This document shows, piece after piece, positions 8,571 through 18,235 of a DNA stretch of 64,000 nt. The DNA is taken from the NCBI GenBank assembly GCA_965248355.1, contig OZ252098.1, positions 1,632,001 through 1,696,000 on the forward strand. The letters run 5' to 3'. Below the pieces are notes generated by a model, which saw only the letters and a program-made list of their open reading frames with translations, was not told where the DNA came from and did no database searches. A program made the translations under genes and the position numbers. The DNA is from Candidatus Latescibacterota bacterium. Lineage in GTDB: Bacteria; Latescibacterota; UBA2968; UBA8231. Position 1 is the first letter of the stretch. The number at the start of each line of letters is the position of its first letter.

Positions 8571-11500
8571 ATGCGCTTCCCCTCTCGATGCCATCCGGGT
8601 GACGGCCGTCCCGCCGCCCTGGGGCTTCTGGTCGTGTCCTTCCTGTGTCTGTTTCCGGGGGCCCTGTCCGAGTCGCGGGTGGAGGGCCAGGGCGGGGCCG
8701 GCGATCAAGAGGCAGAGGATTCGGGCCCCTCGCGGCTGTACTGGACGGACGCCGGCAGCGACAAGATCCAGCGGGCTCTTCTGGACGGCTCCGAGGTGGA
8801 GGACGTGGTCGCCGGCCCCCGCCAACTGCGCGGCCTGACCCTGGACCTGGCCGGCGACCGGCTCTACTGGGCCGACCGCGGCGCCGGCAAGATCCAGCGG
8901 GCCGACCTCGACGGCGGCGGCGAACAGGACCTGGTCACCGGCCTGAGCCATCCCCGCAGCCTGGTGGTGGACGCCGAGGCCGGCCGGATGTACTGGACCG
9001 ACTCCGGCACCGACAAGATTCAGCGGTCCGACCTCGACGGCTCGGGAGTGGAGGATCTGGTCACCGACGGCCTGCAGACCCCCCTGGGCCTGGCCCTGGA
9101 CGCCGACGCCGGGTGGCTCTACTGGACCGATTGGGGCACCGACAAGATCCAGCGGGCCCGGCTCGACGGCAGCGGGGTGGAAGACCTGGTCACGGGCCTG
9201 CACACGCCCCGGGGCCTGGCCCTGGACCTGGGCGCCGGCCGGATGTACTGGACCGACTCCGGCACCGACAAGATCCAGCGCGCCCACCTCGACGGCTCCG
9301 ATATGGAGGATCTGGTCACCGGCCTGCGCCTGCCCCGGGCCCTGGCCCTGGACGCGGAGGCCGGCCAGATCTACTGGACCGACGCCGCCACCGGCCAGAT
9401 CCAGTGCGCCAACCTCGACGGCTCCGATGTGCGCGACCTGGTCACCGGCCTGCGCGATCCCCGGGGCCTGGCCCTGGCCCTCACGGGGACGCCCAACCGC
9501 CCCCCGGTCGTGGCGCCGATGGCGGACCGCACCCTGGCCGCCGGAGACACCCTGACGCTGCCGCTGACGGGTCACGACCCGGACGGCGACGACCTGACCT
9601 GGCAGGCCCGGTCCGCCGACGAGAAGGTGGCCGCCGCCGCGGTCCGGGCCGACTCCCTGCGCCTGGTGGCCCGGGCCCCCGGCCGGGCGGCGATCGAGGT
9701 CACCGCCCGCGATCCGGGCGGCCGTACGGGCACGGAGCGCTTCACCGTCACCGTACCGGCCAACCGGCCGCCGGAGGCCGTGGCCCGGCTCTACTGGACC
9801 GAGTCCGGCCGCGGCCGGATCCGCCACGCCCACCTCGACGGCTCGGGGGTGGAAGACCTGGTCACCGGCCTGTCGCAGCCCCGCGGCCTGGCCCTGGACG
9901 CGGCCGGGGGCCGGCTCTACTGGACCGACCCCCGCGCCGACAAGATCCAGCGAGCTTCCCTCGACGGCTCGCTGATCGAAGATCTGGTCACCACCGGCCT
10001 GGAGGCCCCCTCCGGCCTGGCCCTGGACCCGGCGGCCGGCCGGCTCTACTGGACCGACTACGGCACCGACCGGGTGCAGCGGGCCGGCCTCGACGGCAGC
10101 GGCGTGGAAGCTCTGGTCACCACCGGCCTGCGCCAGCCCCAGGGCCTGGCCCTGGGCGCCGGCCGGCTCTACTGGACCGACGCCGGCGCCGACCGGATCC
10201 AGGCCGCCGACCTCGACGGCGCCGGCGTGCGGAATCTGGTCACCACCGGGCTGCAGTCCCCCCAGGACATCGCCCTGGACACGCTCGGAGGCTACCTCTA
10301 CTGGGCCGACTTCGGCACCGACAAGATCCAGCGAGCCCCCCTCGACGGCTCGCCGGTGCAGGACCTGGTCACCGAGGGCCTGCGCGCCCCCCAGGGGATG
10401 GCCTTGGATGCGGCCGCCGGCCGGATCTACTGGACCGATACCGGCACCGGCAAGATCCAGCGCGCCCGTCTCGACGGCGTCGGCGTGGAGGATCTGATCG
10501 CCGAGGGCCTGGACACCCCCTACGACCTGGCCGTGGGCGCCGGCCTGCCGGCGCGGAGGGTGAGGGTGGGAGACGAGCCGGACACCCTGGCGCTGGCCGG
10601 GCGCTTCCGAGACCCGGAGGGCGGCCCCCTGAGCTACCATGCCGTCTCCGCGGACATGGCCGTGGCCGCCGCCGAGGTCGCCGGCGCCCGGATCACGATC
10701 ACCGCCGTGGCCGCCGGCCGGACGTCGATCGCCGTCACCGCGCGCGACCCCGAGGGTCTGCGGGCCACTCTCCCCCTCGCCGTGCAGGTGCTCCCCAGAC
10801 CCAACCGGCCCCCGACCCTGCTACCGCTGGCGGATCTCACCGCCACCGCCGGCGACACCCTGACCCTCGGGATCCAGGCCACCGACCCCGACGGGGACCG
10901 CCTCCGCTACACGGCCTCCGCGGCCGACTCCGCCATCGCCCGGGCCAGTGCCGTCGATTCGGTGATGACCCTCCGGCCGAAGGCGGCGGGCGAGACGACG
11001 ATCGCCGTCACGGTCCGCGACGACAGCCTGGAGGCGGCCGGAAGCTTCGGGCTGACCGTGGAGTGGCCCAACCGGGCGCCGGTGGCCGGCGACCTGCCGG
11101 ACCGCCAGGTGTTCCTGGGCGACGAGGCCCGGGTCCCGCTGGCCAAGGTCTTCTCCGACCCCGACGGCGACCGCCTCGGCTACACCGCCGCCTCGAAGAA
11201 TCCGGCGGTGGCCGCCGCCGAGGCCGCCCGGGACACCCTGACGATCACCCCCGTGGCCGAGGGCCAGGCGGCCATCGACGTCACCGCCACCGATCCCGAG
11301 GGCCTGCAGGCCGCCGGGACCTTCACCGTCACCGTGAAACCCAAGCCGCCGCCCGGCGGTGGTGGTGGGGGCGGTGGTTTCATCCCGCCTCCGCCTCCTC
11401 CGCCGCCACCGGCCAACAACCAGGCCCCGACCTTCGACGACGGGACGAGCACCGCCCGCACCGTGCTTGAAAGCGCCCCGGCCCGACAAGGCATCCAGCA

Positions 11501-14500
11501 CCCGGTCCGAGCCACCGACCCGGAAGGACACCCGCTCACCTACCGGCTCGCCGGACCCGACGCGGACCACTTCACCGTCGACCGCAGCCGAGGCCAGTTG
11601 CGCACCCGAACCGGCGTCGCCTACGACTACGAGACCACCGACCGCTACTCGGTCACCCTGCATGCCGAGGACCCCTACGGCGGTACCGACGCCATCAACG
11701 TGACCGTGCACGTGGCCGACGTCGACGAACCCCCCCAGGCCCCGGCCCGCCCCCGGGTCGAGCCCGCCTCCTCGACGAGCCTGACCGTGACCTGGGACGA
11801 GCCGGTCAACACCGGCCCCGACGTCAACGACTACGACCTGCAGTACCGCAAGAGCGGCTCCTTCCTTCCCTGGCCGCACACCGGCCCCGGCGCCACCACC
11901 ACGATCCCCGACCTGGACCTGAACACGCGTTACGAGGTGCAGGTCCGGGCCACCAACGACGAAGGCACGGGCGCTTGGTCCGCCTCGGGCTTCGGCTCGA
12001 CCGGCGCCAATCAGCGGCCGGTCTTCGAGGAATCCGCGCCCACGCGCAGCCTCGACGAGAACACCCCGCCCAATCGGAACATCGGCACCCCGGTAAGGGC
12101 GACCGATCCCGAGCTCAGCCCCATCACCTACCGCCTTGCTGGACGCGACGCCGACTCCTTCACCCTCGACGAGACCCGCGGCCAACTGCGCACCCGCCCC
12201 GGCGTCACCTACGACTTCGAGACCCGGAGCCGATACTCCGTGACCGTGGAGGCCACCGACGAGCCGGGCGGCCGTGCGACTATCACCGTGACGATTGAAC
12301 TGACCGACGACGACAACGAACGGCCGGATACACCCGACAAGCCGTCCGTCACGGCCTCCACGTTGAACAGCCTTTCCATTCGATGGACGGCCCCGGCCAA
12401 CACCGGCCCCGACGTCAACGACTACGACGTGCATTACAGTGAGGACGGCGGCGCCTTCACCGACTGGCCGCACGTGGGTCCCGGCACGACCACGACCATC
12501 ACCGGGTTGAAAGCCAACACGCCCTACGAGGTTCAGGTGCTGGCGCGCAGCGACGAAGGCGAGAGCCTCTGGTCCGAGTCCGTTGACGTGAGAACCATCG
12601 CCAACCGGGCCCCGACCTTCACCGAGGGTACGAGCACCACGCGCACTCTGGCCGAGAACACCACGGGCACAACCGATATCGGCAACCCGATAACCGCAAG
12701 CGACGGCGACGGAGGGACGCTGACCTACCATCTCGAAGGCACGGACCGGGCCTCCTTCTCTCTCGATGGCAACCAGCTTCAGACAATAGCGGGCGTCGCC
12801 TACGACTACGAGGAGAAGAGCAGCTACGTCGTGATCGTGCGCGTGCAAGACGGTCAGGGCGGCAGCAACACCATCGAGGTGGCGATCAACCTGATAGACC
12901 GACAGGAGCCACCCGAGACCCCGGCTGCACCCCGGGTCATACCGGCCTCATCAACGAGCCTGACAGTAACCTGGGACGAGCCGGCAAATACCGGACCCGA
13001 CATCGACGACTACGACATCCAGTACCGCGAAGGGGACAGCGGCGGCTTTACCTCCTGGACACACAACGGCCCGGAACTCACCGCAACCATCACCGGTCGT
13101 AGCCCGGGCACGAGCTATGAGGTGCAGGTGCTCGCGCGCAACGCCGAAGGCACGAGCGATTGGTCCCCGTCGGGCACGGGAAGCACCCACCCCAACCAGC
13201 CGCCGGTCTTCACCGACGGATCGAGCACCACGCGCAGCTTTGCCGAAAACACGACAGGCGTGCAGAACATCGGCGATCCGTTAAGCGCCACCGACCCGGA
13301 GGGCACCCCCCTGACCTACAGCCTGGAAGGCACAGACGCAGATGCCTTCACCATCAACTCGCGCAGCGGTCAACTTCGGACCAAATCGGATCAGACCTAC
13401 AACTACGAGGCTAAGCCCCGCTACGTTGTGAGTGTGAAAGCAACAGACGGGCATAGCGGTGAGCGCACCATCACCATTTTAATTAACCTGAACGACGTCA
13501 ACGAGCCGCCCTCGTTCACCAGCGACGCGACCTTCGAGACCGAGGAAAACAACCGGTCCATCGGCCGGGTGGATGCCGTGGACGTCGACAACGGCGATGG
13601 CATCACCGGCTACACCCTCACCGGCGGTGCTGACCAGGACCAGTTCGAGATCAATAGCGCAGGGGCGTTGACCTTCAAGGAGGCCCCTGACTTTGAGGAT
13701 CCCGCAGACAGTGGCAGAAACAACGAATACATCGTGGAGGTCACAGCGACTGGCGGCACGGAAACCCAGGAACAGACGACAACACAGACGATAACCGTCA
13801 CCGTGGAAAACGCAGATGAACCGCCGGGCAAGCCCGATCTGCCCACGGTGAGCAACGAGACGGAGAATAGTCTGACCGTGAGTTGGGACGAGCCGAGCAA
13901 TACCGGTCCGCCCATCACCGATTACAATGTGCAATACCGCGAAGGCAGCAGCGGCGCCTTCACTGCGGCGGCACACGATGGCACGGGCAGGACGACGACG
14001 ATTGCGAACCTGGAGTCGGACACCTCTTATGAGATTCAGGTGCAGGCCACCAGTGACGAAGGCACGAGCCAGTGGTCGCCATCGGGGAATGGACGGACCG
14101 GCGCCAACCAGGCCCCCACCTTCACCGAAGGTTCGAGCACCACCCGCAGGTTGGTCGAGAACACGACCGGCGCCCACAACATCGGCAACCCGATAACCGC
14201 AAGCGACGGCGACGGAGGGACGCTGACCTACCATCTCGAAGGCACGGACCGGGCCTCCTTCTCTCTCGATGGCAACCAGCTTCAGACCCAATCGGGCGAG
14301 ACCTACGACTACGAGGAGAAGAGCAGCTACGTCGTGATCGTGCGCGTGCAAGACGGTCAGGGCGGCAGCAACACCATCGAGGTGGCGATCAACCTGATAG
14401 ACCGACAGGAGCCACCCGAGACCCCGTCAGCACCCCGGGTCATACCGGCCTCATCAACGAGCCTGACAGTAACCTGGGACGAGCCGACAAATACCGGACC

Positions 14501-16898
14501 CGACATCGACGACTACGACATCCAGTACCGCGAAGGGGACAGCGGCGGCTTTACCTCCTGGACACACAACGGCCCGGAACTCACCGCAACCATCACCGGT
14601 CGTAGCCCGGGCACGAGCTATGAGGTGCAGGTGCGAGCGCGCAACGACGAAGGCGCGAGCCTCTGGTCCCCGTCGGGCAGGAGCTGTTCAGAAGGCGGCG
14701 ACGCCCCGACGCCGGTGGAAGTGGAAGTGACGGCGGTGCCCATCGTGGTCGCGTCCACGACGGATGAGTACTTCGTGCTCTATGTACGGCACGATCTGGA
14801 TGGCACAGAGGTCGAGATCCCTGTGCTGGTGAAGAAGGGTGAAGCGGGTACGACAACGCTTGCTGAGAACGTGGCGGCACTGCCCAAGGAGCGCTACCGG
14901 GTCGAGAAGTACCTCCTCGCTGACCCAGCCGACGTTGACGGCGATTGCATCGACGACATCACCGAACTCGATGACCTGGGCAGCCTGAACCCGGTGAACG
15001 CCGCCGGCAGCGTCGACCTCAACGACGGCGCCGTGGCCCTTCCCGACAGGGCAACGTTTGAGACCCTCTCCTATGGCTTCGGAGCCAGGACGTACCTGAA
15101 GTTCGTTCTTCTAGGCTTCAACACCGAAAACCCGCGGGTCTACTTTCTGAACGCCACCACGCACCCCGGACACCCTGGCTTCACAAATACCCTCTATGCG
15201 CTGGGCATCGAGGAGGACGGCGCCGACTACGTATACAATGGTTTGATCACTTATCACCGCGATATCCGTTCCGACAATGGGGGTCTCGGAGTTTACACAT
15301 TCTGGATTTACGGCATCAAACCCTTCAGCCACGTGGACCTCATTCATACGTTGCTCGCCGCCAGCATGCCGGTGCTTGAGCAAGACCTTGCCTATAACTT
15401 GAGCAACTATGAGATTTTGGCTATCCAAGACGACTTGCCGCTCTACGAGGCGTCCCGAATCAACGTCATGTTCGACAGAGACCTCGCTCCCGAGAGTGAT
15501 TTCATCCCGTTGAACCAGGCGATAGGGTACGGCCTGCTGCGGCACATGGACACGGACGACCGTCCCAACCCCCGCGACGTGGTGATCTACGAGGCGCTGC
15601 CCAACAATCTGCCCCGCGTCGCCGGCATCATCACCACCATGCCCCAAACGCCGCTCTCGCACGTCAACCTGCGCGCTGTCCAGGACGGCGCGCCAAACGC
15701 CTTTGTCCGCGGCGCCCTCGACGACCCCCAAATCAGTGCGCTCATCGGGAAGCACGTCCGCTACACGGTCAGTGAAGACGGATACACCATCCGGGCGGTC
15801 ACCAAAGAGGAAATCGACAACCACTATGCGTCGTCCCGCCCCGCCCAGCCGCAGACGCCGGAACGCGACCTCTCGGTCACTGAGATCACCCCCCTCAGCG
15901 ACATCGGCTTCGATGACTGGGACGCCTTCGGCGTCAAGGCGACCAACGTGGCCGTGCTAGGAACTCTCGGGTTCCCGGAGGGGACGGTGCCCGACGGCTT
16001 CGCGATCCCGTTCTATTTCTACGACGAGTTCATGAAGCACAACGACTTCTACACCCGCATTGAAACCATGCTGGCGGATGAAGATTTCCAGACGGACTTC
16101 CAAGCCCAGGCGGACTCACTCAAGAAACTGCGCAAGGCCATCGAGGACGCGGAGACGCCGGATTGGATCGTCTCGGCAATCGAGACCATGAATGAATCTT
16201 TCTCCGCGGGGATCAACCGTCGCTACCGGTCCAGCACCAACAACGAGGACCTGCCGGGTTTCAACGGCGCGGGCCTGTACGACTCCAAGAGCCAGAAGCC
16301 CAGCGAGGACGAGAGGGACTTGGCCAAGTCCCTCAAAGAGGTGTATGCCAGCCTGTGGAACTTCCGCGCCTTTATCGAACGTGACTTCCATCGTGTCGAC
16401 CACCTGTCTGCCGCCATGGGGGTCCTGGTGCACCCCAGCTACCGGGACGAACTGGTCAACGGCGTCGCCGTCAGCTTCGACCCCGTCTCCGGCAGGGAGG
16501 GGCGCTACTACGTTAACAGCCAGGTGGGCGAGGACCTGGTAACCAACCCAGATGCGCACTCCATCCCAGAGGAACTCCTGCTACGCCGCATACGCCTCTC
16601 GAATAGTGTGTCTGTCGAAGTCCTTGCTACTTCCAACCAGGTTAGCCCAGGTGAATTGCTCATGAGCGGCACTCAAATTCATCAGTTGGGCCAGCACTTG
16701 ATCGTGATCCATGAGGAGTTTAAGGAGCTGTACGACCCAGGGCCCGATGAGCCGTTCGCCATGGAGATCGAGTTCAAGATCACCAGCGACAATATCCTGG
16801 CGATCAAGCAGGGCATTGTCCCGATCTTAGTTGAAATAGCACAGGCTCCCATCGTTACGTTTGATACGAGAAATCCCCAAGAAGCCTCGTATCGGTAA
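8571..16898 (+). CDS. Giant secreted multidomain protein: two six-bladed YWTD propellers, Ig-like/cadherin and FN3 repeats, C-terminal phosphohistidine + PEP/pyruvate-binding (ATP-grasp) dikinase module; native C-terminus replaced by IS sequence after 16811
   Basis: Hydrophobic signal segment; 12 YWT(D/E)/YWAD repeats; ATDP(D/E)G and YDYE cadherin motifs; FN3 LTVTW...YEVQVRA; AGIIT..QTPLSHVNLRA; FGVKATN, VPDGFAIP, RSSTNNED..FNGAGLYDS, MEIEF, IKQ. The ORF begins at 8541; ATG 8571 is preferred given the promoter position. Confidence 0.9.
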   Translation: MRFPSRCHPGDGRPAALGLLVVSFLCLFPGALSESRVEGQGGAGDQEAEDSGPSRLYWTDAGSDKIQRALLDGSEVEDVVAGPRQLRGLTLDLAGDRLYWADRGAGKIQRADLDGGGEQDLVTGLSHPRSLVVDAEAGRMYWTDSGTDKIQRSDLDGSGVEDLVTDGLQTPLGLALDADAGWLYWTDWGTDKIQRARLDGSGVEDLVTGLHTPRGLALDLGAGRMYWTDSGTDKIQRAHLDGSDMEDLVTGLRLPRALALDAEAGQIYWTDAATGQIQCANLDGSDVRDLVTGLRDPRGLALALTGTPNRPPVVAPMADRTLAAGDTLTLPLTGHDPDGDDLTWQARSADEKVAAAAVRADSLRLVARAPGRAAIEVTARDPGGRTGTERFTVTVPANRPPEAVARLYWTESGRGRIRHAHLDGSGVEDLVTGLSQPRGLALDAAGGRLYWTDPRADKIQRASLDGSLIEDLVTTGLEAPSGLALDPAAGRLYWTDYGTDRVQRAGLDGSGVEALVTTGLRQPQGLALGAGRLYWTDAGADRIQAADLDGAGVRNLVTTGLQSPQDIALDTLGGYLYWADFGTDKIQRAPLDGSPVQDLVTEGLRAPQGMALDAAAGRIYWTDTGTGKIQRARLDGVGVEDLIAEGLDTPYDLAVGAGLPARRVRVGDEPDTLALAGRFRDPEGGPLSYHAVSADMAVAAAEVAGARITITAVAAGRTSIAVTARDPEGLRATLPLAVQVLPRPNRPPTLLPLADLTATAGDTLTLGIQATDPDGDRLRYTASAADSAIARASAVDSVMTLRPKAAGETTIAVTVRDDSLEAAGSFGLTVEWPNRAPVAGDLPDRQVFLGDEARVPLAKVFSDPDGDRLGYTAASKNPAVAAAEAARDTLTITPVAEGQAAIDVTATDPEGLQAAGTFTVTVKPKPPPGGGGGGGGFIPPPPPPPPPANNQAPTFDDGTSTARTVLESAPARQGIQHPVRATDPEGHPLTYRLAGPDADHFTVDRSRGQLRTRTGVAYDYETTDRYSVTLHAEDPYGGTDAINVTVHVADVDEPPQAPARPRVEPASSTSLTVTWDEPVNTGPDVNDYDLQYRKSGSFLPWPHTGPGATTTIPDLDLNTRYEVQVRATNDEGTGAWSASGFGSTGANQRPVFEESAPTRSLDENTPPNRNIGTPVRATDPELSPITYRLAGRDADSFTLDETRGQLRTRPGVTYDFETRSRYSVTVEATDEPGGRATITVTIELTDDDNERPDTPDKPSVTASTLNSLSIRWTAPANTGPDVNDYDVHYSEDGGAFTDWPHVGPGTTTTITGLKANTPYEVQVLARSDEGESLWSESVDVRTIANRAPTFTEGTSTTRTLAENTTGTTDIGNPITASDGDGGTLTYHLEGTDRASFSLDGNQLQTIAGVAYDYEEKSSYVVIVRVQDGQGGSNTIEVAINLIDRQEPPETPAAPRVIPASSTSLTVTWDEPANTGPDIDDYDIQYREGDSGGFTSWTHNGPELTATITGRSPGTSYEVQVLARNAEGTSDWSPSGTGSTHPNQPPVFTDGSSTTRSFAENTTGVQNIGDPLSATDPEGTPLTYSLEGTDADAFTINSRSGQLRTKSDQTYNYEAKPRYVVSVKATDGHSGERTITILINLNDVNEPPSFTSDATFETEENNRSIGRVDAVDVDNGDGITGYTLTGGADQDQFEINSAGALTFKEAPDFEDPADSGRNNEYIVEVTATGGTETQEQTTTQTITVTVENADEPPGKPDLPTVSNETENSLTVSWDEPSNTGPPITDYNVQYREGSSGAFTAAAHDGTGRTTTIANLESDTSYEIQVQATSDEGTSQWSPSGNGRTGANQAPTFTEGSSTTRRLVENTTGAHNIGNPITASDGDGGTLTYHLEGTDRASFSLDGNQLQTQSGETYDYEEKSSYVVIVRVQDGQGGSNTIEVAINLIDRQEPPETPSAPRVIPASSTSLTVTWDEPTNTGPDIDDYDIQYREGDSGGFTSWTHNGPELTATITGRSPGTSYEVQVRARNDEGASLWSPSGRSCSEGGDAPTPVEVEVTAVPIVVASTTDEYFVLYVRHDLDGTEVEIPVLVKKGEAGTTTLAENVAALPKERYRVEKYLLADPADVDGDCIDDITELDDLGSLNPVNAAGSVDLNDGAVALPDRATFETLSYGFGARTYLKFVLLGFNTENPRVYFLNATTHPGHPGFTNTLYALGIEEDGADYVYNGLITYHRDIRSDNGGLGVYTFWIYGIKPFSHVDLIHTLLAASMPVLEQDLAYNLSNYEILAIQDDLPLYEASRINVMFDRDLAPESDFIPLNQAIGYGLLRHMDTDDRPNPRDVVIYEALPNNLPRVAGIITTMPQTPLSHVNLRAVQDGAPNAFVRGALDDPQISALIGKHVRYTVSEDGYTIRAVTKEEIDNHYASSRPAQPQTPERDLSVTEITPLSDIGFDDWDAFGVKATNVAVLGTLGFPEGTVPDGFAIPFYFYDEFMKHNDFYTRIETMLADEDFQTDFQAQADSLKKLRKAIEDAETPDWIVSAIETMNESFSAGINRRYRSSTNNEDLPGFNGAGLYDSKSQKPSEDERDLAKSLKEVYASLWNFRAFIERDFHRVDHLSAAMGVLVHPSYRDELVNGVAVSFDPVSGREGRYYVNSQVGEDLVTNPDAHSIPEELLLRRIRLSNSVSVEVLATSNQVSPGELLMSGTQIHQLGQHLIVIHEEFKELYDPGPDEPFAMEIEFKITSDNILAIKQGIVPILVEIAQAPIVTFDTRNPQEASYR
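12678..14650 (+). repeat. Near-identical internal duplication (~470 bp cadherin+FN3 unit; copies ~12678-13150 and ~14181-14650, offset 1503 nt)
   Basis: ATCGGCAACCCGATAACCGCAAGCGACGGC...GAGCTATGAGGTGCAGGTGC occurs twice with few mismatches, including at synonymous sites. Confidence 0.9.
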
Positions 16899-18235
16899 CC
16901 CAAGGAGCCTGCCATGAGCAGGCTACAAGCACGGAAGAAGGGCGTCAAACGGACCGTGGCCATCGGCCCCGTGAACCGCCAAGCCACCGCGTCGATGGAC
17001 GATCTGGAGACTCGCATCGAGGTCATCCAGCTGCTGATCCCTTTGGGTCTGCAGGCGGTCTCGGAGGAGCTGCAGCAGTCGGTCGAGGCCTTGGCCGGAC
17101 CTCGGTATCAGCGCAAGGGTCCGGATCAGGCGTTGCGCCGCTGGGGGGCGCAGGCCGGGTCGGTGTACCTGGGCGATCAGAAACTGCCGGTCGAGGTGCC
17201 GCGCGTGCGCGATGTGGTCCGCGGCACCGAGGTCCCGCTGGAGGCCTATCAGGCCCTGCAGACGCCGAGGCAGATGGACCAGGGGCTGTTGTTGCGGGTG
17301 CTGAAGGGCCTGGCCACGCGCAACTACGAGGCCTGCGCCGAGACCGTCCCGCAAGCCTTCGGTCTGTCCCGTTCCTCGGTCTCTCGCCGGTACGTGAAAG
17401 GCACGGCGCGCAAGCTGGCCGAATTCCAGCAGCGATCCCTGGAAGGCTACGACCTGGTGGCGCTGTTTCTGGACGGCAAGAGCTTCGCCGACGAGGAGAT
17501 CCTCATCGCCCTGGGTGTGACTCTGGAGGGCCAGAAGGTGCCCTTGGGCTTCGTGCAGGCGGCCACCGAGAACGAGCGCGTCTGTCGCCGCTTCCTGGCG
17601 GAGCTGGTCGAGCGGGGCCTGCAATACGAAGCCGGGCTGCTCGTGGTGATCGATGGAGGCAAGGGCCTGTACAAGGCGGTGCGGTCGGTGCTTCAAGGCC
17701 ATGCCTGCGTGCAGCGATGCCAGTATCACAAGCGCCAGAACGTGGTCTCGTACCTGCCCAAGAGCGAGCAGGCCGGCCTTCGTCGAAAGCTGGAAGCGGC
17801 GTATGGGCACTCGACGTACGAGGAGGCCCAAGCCGCCCTGGAGGCGCTGAAACCGGGGTTGCAGTTGATGAACCAGTCGGCCCTGCGCAGCTTGGAGGAA
17901 GGCCAGCAAGAAACCCTCACGCTCCACCGCCTGGGCCTGATGCCGATGCTGAAGGCCTCCTTCCGTACCACCAACTGTATCGAGAACGTCAACAGTCTCC
18001 TGGAGCAGTTGACGCACAACGTGCGGCGCTGGACCAACTCGTCGCAGCGTGACCGCTGGGTCGCCACGGCGTTGCTTGACATCGAACCTCGCCTCCGCCG
18101 GGTCAACGGCTACCACCACCTGCCGATGCTCCGGCAAGCGCTCCAAGCCGAACTCGGCATCCAGCAGCTCGCGATGACGGGCTGACTCATCCACTCGAGC
18201 CTGGGCTACGTTTCAACTGAGAATGGGACTTGCCC
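16812..18235 (+). mobile_element. IS256-family insertion sequence with imperfect terminal inverted repeats
   Basis: Left end GGCATTGTCCCGATCTTAGTTGAAATAGCACAGGCTC versus reverse complement of right end GGGCAAGTCCCATTCTCAGTTGAAACGTAGCCCAGGCTC; encloses a transposase. Confidence 0.92.
16914..18185 (+). CDS. IS256 (Mutator-type) DDE transposase
   Basis: VPRVR, GLATR, S.SSVSR, LFLDG, ALGVTLEG.K, LVERGL, VIDGGKGL, QRCQYHK, RTTNCIE; AAGGAG RBS. Confidence 0.95.
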   Translation: MSRLQARKKGVKRTVAIGPVNRQATASMDDLETRIEVIQLLIPLGLQAVSEELQQSVEALAGPRYQRKGPDQALRRWGAQAGSVYLGDQKLPVEVPRVRDVVRGTEVPLEAYQALQTPRQMDQGLLLRVLKGLATRNYEACAETVPQAFGLSRSSVSRRYVKGTARKLAEFQQRSLEGYDLVALFLDGKSFADEEILIALGVTLEGQKVPLGFVQAATENERVCRRFLAELVERGLQYEAGLLVVIDGGKGLYKAVRSVLQGHACVQRCQYHKRQNVVSYLPKSEQAGLRRKLEAAYGHSTYEEAQAALEALKPGLQLMNQSALRSLEEGQQETLTLHRLGLMPMLKASFRTTNCIENVNSLLEQLTHNVRRWTNSSQRDRWVATALLDIEPRLRRVNGYHHLPMLRQALQAELGIQQLAMTG

